Of a stretch of DNA of 64,000 bases, positions 17,618 to 27,600 are shown piece by piece (position 1 is the stretch's first letter; each line of letters starts with the position of its first letter). A model generated the notes under the pieces. It saw nothing but the letters and a program-made list of their open reading frames with translations, did no database searches and had not been told where the DNA came from. Source of the stretch: a virus; the IMG/VR virus record IMGVR_UViG_3300030329_005959, positions 1-64,000 of that record; one strand, given 5' to 3'. Made by a program: the position numbers and the translations under genes.

Positions 17618-18454
17618 TTACTCAAAGCGATACCTGTATTTTACGATATCAAAATCAATAAATCCTATATATAGCTCGTTGGCTAATAACTTTCTGGTTC
17701 TGTCAGTTAATTTCGAAGTCGTCACTTTATTAATTATAAATTTATTGGTTCCAGTATAGCCTGTGTAGGAATATTCCCCATCTTTTAGGTCTCCGAGTTC
17801 CGTAATAGGATAACCACTCATAGGAATATCCGTTAAAGTTTCGTCAACCGAATCCATAAAAATAGACAACACTCCATCCAATTGGTATGTGTCTTCTGCA
17901 AGAATTACCGCGTTGGCGCTAATATTAGTGCTTTGCAGCCCACCCAAAGCAAGAGGGCTGTTTTGTCCGACCGTGGTAGAAAGGAAGATCGCGGGGACTA
18001 CATCGTCATAGGGTTCAATATAAGTTTCTGGTCCTGATGGCAAGCGAGAGTTGACTGTGTATTTGTTTTCTACGATTAAATCGTCTTCAGTGTCATTGGT
18101 GAGATAAACACTAAAATCCTTAACCGCGAACTCTCCTGTAACCGTAGAATCGGTAGCGCCTCCCGATATTAGCGCTCTACCATTGTCAAAATCAAAAACA
18201 ACTCCACTAGGTCTCCCCAAAGAATTCCCATCTATGTAAACGCCTGTAGGGATAGTCGCTCCTGTGATAGAGGAGTCTGTGACCCATTGCTTATAAGGGC
18301 TTCCGTATGCCACATAAGCGCTGTCGAGTCGGGGGTCAGAATAATAATAAAAACTTCCTGTTTTATTGCTATACGCCTCTCCTTTTTTTAATAAAAAATT
18401 ATCAAACCAAAGGAAAAACGAAGTGGTTACTTTGTGCTGGAATTGCTCAATCAT
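17618..18454 (-). CDS. Putative tail terminator/neck protein
   Basis: Position between neck gene and tail tube; VVPAIFL and IGFIDFDI beta motifs. Confidence 0.45.
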   Translation of the reverse strand: MIEQFQHKVTTSFFLWFDNFLLKKGEAYSNKTGSFYYYSDPRLDSAYVAYGSPYKQWVTDSSITGATIPTGVYIDGNSLGRPSGVVFDFDNGRALISGGATDSTVTGEFAVKDFSVYLTNDTEDDLIVENKYTVNSRLPSGPETYIEPYDDVVPAIFLSTTVGQNSPLALGGLQSTNISANAVILAEDTYQLDGVLSIFMDSVDETLTDIPMSGYPITELGDLKDGEYSYTGYTGTNKFIINKVTTSKLTDRTRKLLANELYIGFIDFDIVKYRYRFE

Positions 18455-19038
18455 TTTAGTTCTTCAAACTTTTTTTTGTATTTGCGTAGAAACGCAGAGA
18501 TGTAAGGGGTGTTTTGAAATTTACCGCCCCTCACCTTTACACTGGTTTGAATAGCCGCGCCTGATCTGCCCTTATTTTTTCTCAACAAGTGACCTAAACC
18601 TGAAAGTCCGATCTCAATCCCTTGTGCCCAACTCCGTCCTGTCGCCCAAGGAAGAGGGGTTATAGCAAAAATATCTTCGGGGAGAGGTAAATTAACTTTA
18701 AAGTTCACCCCCAAGCTTGTGGTGGGGTTTTTTATGTCTGATCCATATTCCAGCCTTAGGCTTTCGAGAAGGGTTAAAATAGGGGTTATTGGGTCAGACC
18801 CTTGATCAAAACCAATAAAAGCAAAGAGATTGCTTACTCCTCCGAGGGTTCCGCTAATGTTGGTGCCTCCAGCTCCCGCCATAATTTCTTGTGTTACGGG
18901 GTGAGCCAGAAACTCACTTATCATTTCTTGCTTAATTTCTTTAAATTTTTTTCTAGCCTCTTTCTCTAGCCCTTTTCTGGTTAGTTTGGGGGTTTGGCGT
19001 TGAAGAGCTAAAACAACATCTGGTTCTAAAAAGGCCAT
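18451..19038 (-). CDS. Putative neck/tail completion protein
   Basis: Position; WAQGIEIG and basic C-terminal FQNTPYISAFL resemble HK97 gp10-type proteins. Confidence 0.45.
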   Translation of the reverse strand: MAFLEPDVVLALQRQTPKLTRKGLEKEARKKFKEIKQEMISEFLAHPVTQEIMAGAGGTNISGTLGGVSNLFAFIGFDQGSDPITPILTLLESLRLEYGSDIKNPTTSLGVNFKVNLPLPEDIFAITPLPWATGRSWAQGIEIGLSGLGHLLRKNKGRSGAAIQTSVKVRGGKFQNTPYISAFLRKYKKKFEELK

Positions 19039-19040
19039 TT

Positions 19041-19508
19041 TTAACTTACAGGGCTGAGAACGAAGGTGTAAAATTGATTAGAGGTAAACCCGCGTGGTTT
19101 TCCATCGCTTTCAATAATAAATTTTGTGCCGTCAAATTCAACCCTACGCGATTCGTTTAGGTAATCATACGCGGCTTCTTTAACTACAATTCTTACAGTG
19201 CCGTCAGGGACAACCACTTTGTTTTGAGTCCCTGCTTGTTCTGAGGGTCCGTCATCAGTAAGGTAAGAAGTATCCATGTTGTCATAGTAGATTCTCGCTT
19301 CAAAAGTCTGCGAGACAGTGGTATACTCTACGGGGCTATTAGATCCTGTATTGGTTCTTTTGTATAAGGAATTCCAAGAGTCGCTAGAAGCGATGAGGGT
19401 CTTTTTGGCCGTTTTGTATACAGTAATAGTTCTAGCGAAAGTGGTGTGGAGCGTATCCGCCAAATTCTGAACTTTTGCAATTTGGTCTGCTGATAAAAAT
19501 CCTGCCAT
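19041..19508 (-). CDS. Putative head closure protein
   Basis: Small beta protein with RVEFDGTKFII; first gene of the inverted block, GTGTAA 8 nt upstream. Confidence 0.5.
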   Translation of the reverse strand: MAGFLSADQIAKVQNLADTLHTTFARTITVYKTAKKTLIASSDSWNSLYKRTNTGSNSPVEYTTVSQTFEARIYYDNMDTSYLTDDGPSEQAGTQNKVVVPDGTVRIVVKEAAYDYLNESRRVEFDGTKFIIESDGKPRGFTSNQFYTFVLSPVS

Positions 19509-19553
19509 ATTGATTTTTACACTTTTATTTATATAATAAGATAGGTTTAAGGT

Positions 19554-19841
19554 ATGGACGCTAAAAAAAATTTGCTTAAGACCTCTAATACTGAGGTTTC
19601 TAGGATCTATAAAACAATGTTAATAATGTTGGAAGACATGAAAATGGATCATGATTTCCATTATGCTAAACTATATGAACAAATCCCAAAGGAATATCAC
19701 CCCGTGATTGACACGGCTAACCACTTTACCCCAGAAAAGGTAAATTGGGTCCGAAAAAGAATTTTAGATGTAGGCAACGAATCAATTAGAAATATTAATT
19801 CTTGTTTAGATAATTATACTGTAAGATTTGTTTTTAACTAA
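19554..19841 (+). CDS. Hypothetical protein
   Basis: 95-aa ORF divergent from 19508; TATAAT upstream. Confidence 0.7.
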   Translation: MDAKKNLLKTSNTEVSRIYKTMLIMLEDMKMDHDFHYAKLYEQIPKEYHPVIDTANHFTPEKVNWVRKRILDVGNESIRNINSCLDNYTVRFVFN

Positions 19842-19852
19842 GGAATAAGGAT

Positions 19853-20608
19853 ATGGAATTTAAAGAATTATACGCATTTACCGTCGATGAGGAAAGGGAG
19901 GTGGAAAAAAGCCACACTCGCAAAAATAAGAAAACGGGAGAAGAAACCACTGTGACCAAAAAAGTCAAGGAGGCTACTCCTGTCCAAGTTCGTTTGAAAC
20001 GCCCGTCTCGGAGGGAATTAGAAGACGCGGAGCTGGAATATTCTGTTGAAATGAGTCGTTGTGTTAAGCGGGGTATTTTGACAAAAGCGATGCTATACAA
20101 AAAATATAGCGATACGGGTGGGGTATGGAGCGAAGACGACGCCAAAGATTATGGTAAACTCTATAAAGAAATTTTTGACATCCAAAATGAATATGCTCGG
20201 TTGGAGACGGTAGACAAAAAAACCGAAAAACAAAAGAAGAAAATAGAGGATCTTAAGGAAAAATTAGCTTCTGCAAGGAGAAAAATTGTAGATGCGGAAT
20301 CAGCAATGCAATCTCTATTCGATCACACTGCTGATGTAAAAGCTCAAAATCGTCTTTTGCTCTGGTATACTTTAATGTTAACGCATATTCAGAAAGAGGA
20401 AGACGAAGATCCTGTTCCTTATTTTAAGGGTGATGATTTTGATCAAAAAGTGGAAGACTACTACTTAAAAGAAGACGCCTCTGATGACTTTTATCTTGCT
20501 GTGGTTAAAAAGGTCACCACCATTTTAGCTTTTTGGTTCTTTAACCAAGCCTCCACACCTGATGAGTTTAACAATCTCATTGAACAGGTGGAAAAAGGTG
20601 AGCTTTGA
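19853..20608 (+). CDS. Putative tail assembly chaperone
   Basis: VRLKRPSRRELEDAE motif; two genes before the tape measure gene. Confidence 0.5.
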   Translation: MEFKELYAFTVDEEREVEKSHTRKNKKTGEETTVTKKVKEATPVQVRLKRPSRRELEDAELEYSVEMSRCVKRGILTKAMLYKKYSDTGGVWSEDDAKDYGKLYKEIFDIQNEYARLETVDKKTEKQKKKIEDLKEKLASARRKIVDAESAMQSLFDHTADVKAQNRLLLWYTLMLTHIQKEEDEDPVPYFKGDDFDQKVEDYYLKEDASDDFYLAVVKKVTTILAFWFFNQASTPDEFNNLIEQVEKGEL

Positions 20609-21588
20609 AAGATGAATTCTATATTTCTTTAGTAGGAGAGGCTTTCGATGGATATAGCGAAATTCTTTTAGATGATAAACCTGCTTATATTAAGCATGTG
20701 AGTCTTCAAGATCAAAGACATCTGCATAAGTATTACGAAAAATATAAAACACTAGCTTTATCTAAAGGATTAGAGACAGAAAAAGAAAGAACGGCTTATG
20801 TTATAGAAGAGGGAATTTGGACTCAAGAAGACGATTTTAAAATATCTTCTCTAGAGCTTGAGATAGAAAATCTTAAAAAAACCCAAACTCAGCTTCCGCT
20901 TCCTTCACAGCGCGAAGAAATGGGGAATACTATTGCTGAAAGATCCGCTGAGTTGGCTGAATTGACAAAGGATAGAAGAGAAGTGATAGGCAAAACTGCG
21001 GAAGAATACGCCATGTCAAGAAGCGGGGATGAAGTTTTAAGATTTTTATTGTTTAAAGACAAAAAATTAACTGAAAATTTATACACAGAAAAGGAGTTCG
21101 GGGAGCTAGAGGCGTGGGAGGTAGCTAAAATTAATTTGTTTCAAAGCCAAATAGGTGAACGTTTTTCTGATGCAAAAATTCAAGAAGCGGTATTGAGGCC
21201 GTTTTTTAGCATGTATTTATCTTTATGCGAAAACGTAGGGGCTTTTTACAGCAAGCCTATTACCGCTTTGAGTATCTATCAATTGCGAGTGGTTCTTTTT
21301 GGTAGAATGTTTTTTAATATTTTCCAAAACACCGACGATATTCCTGATAATATCAAACAAGACCCCGAAAAACTTCTAGCTTTCTCAGAAAGCCAGAACA
21401 ATAAAGACAAGAGAAAAACGGGGATAAGGGAAGACGCTGATGCATCTATGGTTTTTGGGGCAACAGCAGAAGATATGAAAACCTTGGATGCTCCACAAGG
21501 TAACGAAGAATTATCCGCAGAAGCCGAGAAGCATGGAGGTCAGCTGAATATGGAACAAATGATGAGATTAGCTGGGCATGATGTGTAA
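20605..21588 (+). CDS. Putative tail assembly chaperone 2
   Basis: Helical protein directly before the tape measure gene; TTG start overlaps the upstream TGA. Confidence 0.5.
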   Translation: MKDEFYISLVGEAFDGYSEILLDDKPAYIKHVSLQDQRHLHKYYEKYKTLALSKGLETEKERTAYVIEEGIWTQEDDFKISSLELEIENLKKTQTQLPLPSQREEMGNTIAERSAELAELTKDRREVIGKTAEEYAMSRSGDEVLRFLLFKDKKLTENLYTEKEFGELEAWEVAKINLFQSQIGERFSDAKIQEAVLRPFFSMYLSLCENVGAFYSKPITALSIYQLRVVLFGRMFFNIFQNTDDIPDNIKQDPEKLLAFSESQNNKDKRKTGIREDADASMVFGATAEDMKTLDAPQGNEELSAEAEKHGGQLNMEQMMRLAGHDV

Positions 21589-21621
21589 ATCTTTGTGTAA
21601 ACAATACAAAGGTTTACGGTT

Positions 21622-24600
21622 ATGCCATTAAGAGTTCCAGCAGTAGTAACAGGATTAGAGGCCAGCATTGAAGCTCAAGCCAAAAAAGCGGGTCGGAATC
21701 TTAAGTTAAATTTAGGCACTAGCGCCAAAAGCATCGAAGGTTTATCTCAACCTTTGGGACGCATTACTGGAAAGGCAGACCAGTTTACCAAGTCAATGGA
21801 AGCGGCCAACGCAAGGGTGTTGGCTTTCGGTGCTTCTGTGGGCGTCCTGTCCGCTGTCACCCAAGGCTTTAAAGAATTGGTAACTACTACCATTCAAGTA
21901 GAGAAACAACTAGCGAGTATTAACAGCATCTTAAGAGTAAGTAATGAGCAACTGGCTGGCTTTAAAAAAACAATTTTTGCAGTAGCGAGAGACACCGAGC
22001 AATCATTTGATACGGTTGCTACGGCGGCATTAGAATTAAGCCGCCAAGGATTAAAGGCTGAAGAGGTCGTAAAGAGATTAAATGATGCTATGATATTAAG
22101 CCGTTTATCGGGACTTGGAGCATCTGAAGCGGTGGCTGGTTTAACTGCGGCTATTAACTCTTTTGGTAAAGATACGACAACAAGCACGGAGGTGTTAAAC
22201 AAACTCTCTGCCGCATCTATTAAGGCCGCTGTTTCCGAAAGAGACCTAATTGAAGGTATTAAGCGATCAGGTTCGGTAGCAATTCAGGCGGGTGTGAGTC
22301 TGGACGAATTGGTCGGCGTAATTAGTGCAGTCCAAGAGAAAACTGCGCGGGGTGGAGCTGTTATCGGTAACTCGTTTAAAACTATTTTTACTCGTATTCA
22401 GAGTCTTGACAAACTTAAGACTATGCAAGATCTGGGGGTTCAAGTAACAGATGCCTCGGGAGCCGTATTAAGTGGAACTAAACTCATACAAAACTTAGCG
22501 AGGACTATAGAAACGCTGCCCGATGCTAAAAAGCTGCAAATAGCAGAGAATTTGGTGGGTAAATTTCAAATTGCTCCCTTCTTGGCTATCCTTGATGATT
22601 ATAATTCCAAAACATCTAAGGCTATTGAAATAACAGATGTAGCCGCGAATGCGACAAATGAAGCTTACACACGAAATGTGGCTTTAAACAAAACACTGTC
22701 GGCGGCTATTAATGAGGCTAATGTAAATCTTAAAGAGTTAGCCGAGACTCTTGGCAGCATTGGAATTACTGACAGTTTAAAAGGTGTTTTGGGTTTCTTT
22801 AATACCTTAGTAACAAATATTAAAGAGCTTTTAGAAGGAGAGGGTATTGGCTCAGATTTTGCCAAAGGAATTGTTAAAGGTATCGGCGGGGTGTTGGCTG
22901 GACCTGGGCTTGCTATTTTTGGGGCTATTATAGCCAAGTTAACTATTGATTTGGTAAAATTTGGAACGGGATCTTTAAAGACTTTCTTCGGGCTAAACAA
23001 GGCCGCAAAAGAACAAGCTACCCTTCAAGGGCAAATAGCATCAACCCTTTTAGGCAACAAAGGTATACAACAGCAAATTTTAGCTATTGAAAATAGCACA
23101 CTAAGCACCGAACAAAAACGGGCCGCTCAAATTAAATTCTTTACAACCGCTTTAAATGAGCAGTTGGGAGTAATGAGCAAAATGCAAGGTATTGCGTCTC
23201 GGATAGCTCCTGGGGTAGCAGCGGGGACCAGACGGCGGGGGAGGGCGGCAGGAGGATATATTCCTAATTTTAGCGCGAGCGGAAGTTATGGAAGTGAAAG
23301 CTCCGACATAAAGCGCGGTGTGGGAGGCGCTCCTTCTTCTGCGCGTCCCGTGGTTATACCAAACTTTAATTTTGGGGGTGGTAGGCGTGGGGCCATGGTA
23401 GCCAATAGCAGTGAATATATTGTTCCTAACTTCGCTGGGGGTAGTGGGTCGGCTATTTTTAATCAAAATATGGTGGCTTCGATGGGTTTGCCAACTGGGG
23501 CTAGAAAGATCAGAGCGGCCAGAGGGTATATTCCTAATTTTGTTGATGCAGATTTTCAGGGGACAGGATATAGCGAACAACAACTAGCAAACGCTAATCT
23601 TCTCATGGAAGGAAAAGATGGGAAAACTTTAAAGAACAGAAGCGACATTGCAAGAATAGCTAAAGGAGTAAGAAATCCAAAAGCAGCAGGTATAGCGGAG
23701 GGAGTTTTGAAGAAGTTAAAAGTAGCGGAGAAATTACCACTTCCACATATAAACAGGGGAGGGGGACTATATGGGATGTTGGTTAATGAGCCTGTAGGCA
23801 CTCCCATGACAAAAATGTTTGTGGGCGAAACTAAAAGGGGGGTATCTGCTAGTAAAAGTAAAACGCCGAATAGTAAAGCAATAGTCGATGTTCCTATTTT
23901 TGGTGTTAACCCATCGAAAGTAAAAGGAAAAACTAATGCACAGTTAGTGGACGAGTTGACTGAGCAGCTCCTTACAGAATCTTTAGATTTTGCTAGAATG
24001 GCTGGAGGGGGAGTGATCCCTAAAAAGGGGGTAAGGGCTAAAGATATTGAAAACAGCCTGAACGAAGGATCTGCGCGATCTGCGGCTGGCTCTGTTTTCG
24101 AGAGCGGATTAGCTGCTCTTCTTGATGCTGAAGCTTTTAAAGATTTCAAGGGAAGGGCTGCGACCTCTTTAATGGATTTTAAGACCGATCAAATTAAAAA
24201 TATTAAAAATGCTCCACTTTTTGATATCCCCAAGAGCAAAGCTAAAAAAGGATTAGAAGCTAAGGGGGGAGCTGGGGATTCTTTAATTGGTTCTACGGCA
24301 GAGAAAATATATAAAATTTTATTTAAAGGTAAAGAGGCGTTTACTTCAAAAAAGGGGAGTGCTGCTTCTGGCTATATCCCCAATTTCGCTGGTGCTTTAG
24401 AAGCCGCCGTAGCCAGAGAAAACGCTGCTGGTCTTCCCATCAGCCAAATTAGAATAAACCAAAGCGGCAAACTCCGCAATGCTGGCAACCCTATGGGGCT
24501 TGCTGTTACCAATACCAGAGATGAGCCTACTGGTGCCGTTCCGAATTTTGCTATTATATCCCCAGAAGCAAGAAAAGAGCATATGGCGAGAGACTCTAAC

Positions 24601-27600
24601 ACGAAAGCTCTAGACAGCAGCACGGAAGAAATAAAGAAAAACAAAAAAGCCCAAAGAGACTTGCTCGGTCCAATTTTCGCCGTTCAAGCTGGTTTAAGTT
24701 TTTTAAGTGCAGCTACCTCTGAAGCCGAAGGCGGGGTAGGAAGATTTACAAACCGTATAACTGAGGCTTTTTCTGGGGCTACTACCGCTGCTTTTGCTGG
24801 GGTAGCCATTAGTGATTTCGGAGAGTCCTTAAAAGAAGAAGGGGGCAAATTAGGCGAAGCGTTTGGTGGAGCGCTCGGCAAGATCGGAATGTGGGGCGCT
24901 GCTATAGGAGCGGGGGTTGCTATCTGGAAAGGGGCGGTCCAAGTATTTGAAGACGTTACAGGAATTACCGATAAAAGCAAAGATGCTCTTGATATATTAG
25001 CGGAGGCAACTAACCAAGCATCGCGCTCTATGGAGGAGCTTAACGTTGCTCAACAAAGACGATTGAAGCTAGAAACTGAAAACCTTATACCACAAAGGTC
25101 GGGGTTTTTTAGCAGACTAGGTGGGCCAAACCTAGCGGAAATGGCAACTGGGCTAAAAGGAGATCCAGATTTTGGAAATGTGCCTATACGCACACAATCA
25201 CCGCAAAAAAGATTTCAGGACAGATTCGTCACTACTAGTGGTTCTTGGGGTAAGAAGTTCGAAGAGCTTGAGTTCAAAGGGACTCAGACTCAGGATATAA
25301 TGAGGTCAGCTATGGAGTTTGGACTTCTACAAGGATTGAGTCCAAGGTTTTTAAGAGGGGAAAGAAGGAGGTTAGGTTTTCAACAAACATTTACCCCCTT
25401 CGCAGGAGGAGGGATTGACGACGATAAGTGGAACACGGGTCCACTTTTGGGGCGACAAACAGGACCAAATGCGAGGGTCATGACCAGCACATCTGTTGTT
25501 CCAGCTGGAGAAAGACTTGAATTTGCTATTGATATAGACGAAGCAAAGGCGTTCGCAGAGTTTATGCAAAGCGCTGGGGTAGGCAGAATAACGTCGGAGA
25601 TAAAAGAGGTTTTAAAAGATATAGATTTAAGACCCGAAGGTGGTATTGTTGATCCTAGAGCAATTGGTATTAGACGTTCAGATGAGTTCTGGGAGGACAT
25701 GCTGAAGATGAGTGACGAGGACCAAGCAAAAGTGGAAGCAAAACTGGGGCTAGGACAAGGATTGGCGGTAGAAACTCTTAAAGAAGTAGAGAAGAGGCTT
25801 AACTTAGAGGGTAAAATAGACCTAGAATATGTTAAACAATTAATTAGTCAGAAAGCACTAAACGACGAAAAAAAACGCGGAACCCAAAACGAAGAAGGAT
25901 TTAATAAAATACAACAAATTCGTGCAGAACAAGGAAAAGCGCTTATAAAGTTGGCTGTAGCAAGAAAAGAAGCAGAGCTAACTAATACAGACGCCCTTAA
26001 AAGTCAATTAAAAATAGCAGGTATTTTGGGGGACAAAACAACTGAAGAGTTAAGAATTATCAAAGAAACTATAGCTTTAAGGGACTTAGATAAAGAGCTT
26101 ATAAAAGAAAGACTTAATGTTTTAAACGAAGCGGCAGACTCATTGGAAGGAATAGCGATAGACGAAGAAAAAGTAAAGGATGTCGTAGCTTCGATTGTAG
26201 AGCTGTCAAAAGAAGATCTTATAACTAAGGATAGAGCTGTAGAGATTTTAAGAGAAACGCTGGATATAAATACCCTTACTGAAGACGGTATGGAGGCCCA
26301 GCTTACCAAAATTCTTAAACTAAATGCGGAAAAATTAAAGGGTTTAGGATTAGACAAAGAAGCTTTGCAGGTGCTTTTAGAGTCTGAGTTTGCCGCTGAA
26401 AGGAGAAATCAAGCGATTTTAAATGCAAACCAGCAGCTATCTAATTTAGCTGCGAGAGAAAAATTCGGTGTAGATCTTACCCAAACTCAAAACCTTAATG
26501 CTTTAAGGGCTACCCAAACGAACCTCACAAGAGAAAAAGAGGCTGGAATAACTACTCCCGAAAGAAGAGACGAGGTAGAACGACAACTAAGAAGAATTAG
26601 AACTCAAATTTTGCGAGGCGAAAGAACACAGCGCGAGGCTGGCTTTTTAGAGCAAGCGCGGGGCCTTTCGAGAGCTAAAGGAGTAGGATTGGCTGGTGCT
26701 GTTCAGGGAGATAATTTAAGAGCACAACTAGAAGGAGCGGGTGATTTTGATGCGGCTATTAGCTTTCTTCGCATGTTTAAGGAGTCGCTTCCTGATAATG
26801 CAGAAGGGAATGCTCTTAGAAAACAAATAGATGATCTAGATAGAAAGGTAAAACTAGAAAGACTAAATAGCGATGCGACAATTAAAACGGCTGAAGCAGA
26901 AGAACAACTAATAACAGAGAGGGTTAAAGCTTTTAATGAATTAGAAAAACAAATTATTCAATTACAAAGACAAGGAGGTTTGGGACTTCGGTTTGCAGAG
27001 CCCTCGAAAATTAGGGCGGCGAGAAGGAGGCAGGAAGCAGTTGATGAAACTAGAGAGGGTGGCAGGTTTGAAGGATTAAGGCCCGATGTCGCAATATCAG
27101 TAAGCGACCGACAAAGAAGCGTTTTCCAAAGGTTAAGTGAAAGGGCAGAGTTTGATCCTTTAACACAATACGACACTCTTGCCACTAATATTGAAAACGC
27201 GGCTATAAACTTTAAAGATACGATCTCCGATGCGATGGTTGATGCCATAATTCAAGGAGGAAGCTTAAAAGACATTCTCACCAGCGCTGCTACTGAGTTT
27301 TTCACCACCATGTCAAAAGCGTTCATGCGTAGCGCTGTGGATCAAATTGTTGGATCAGGATTAGGCGCTTTTGCTGATCAGAAGAATAGCGGCGGTCTTA
27401 TTACAGGAGGATCGGGCAAGAAAGATGATGTTCCCACATTGCTTACGGGTGGTGAATTTGTGATTAGAAAAGGTTCTGTGCTGAGATATGGAAGGGATTT
27501 CTTAGAGGATCTTAATGCTGGGCGCGTTCCCCAAATGCAAAGAGGGGGTTACTTTACCGCCCCAGGAACTTTTGGACAGGGCGCAATCACAGGAAAGGAA

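Noticed and set aside
20590-20615. Programmed frameshift fusing the two tail chaperones (CTT TGA resembles the prfB site)
   Set aside because: The +1 frame stops after TTT GAA AGA TGA. The -1 frame has TGA at 20599-20601 and no slippery heptamer after it. A coupled TTG start is the simpler reading.
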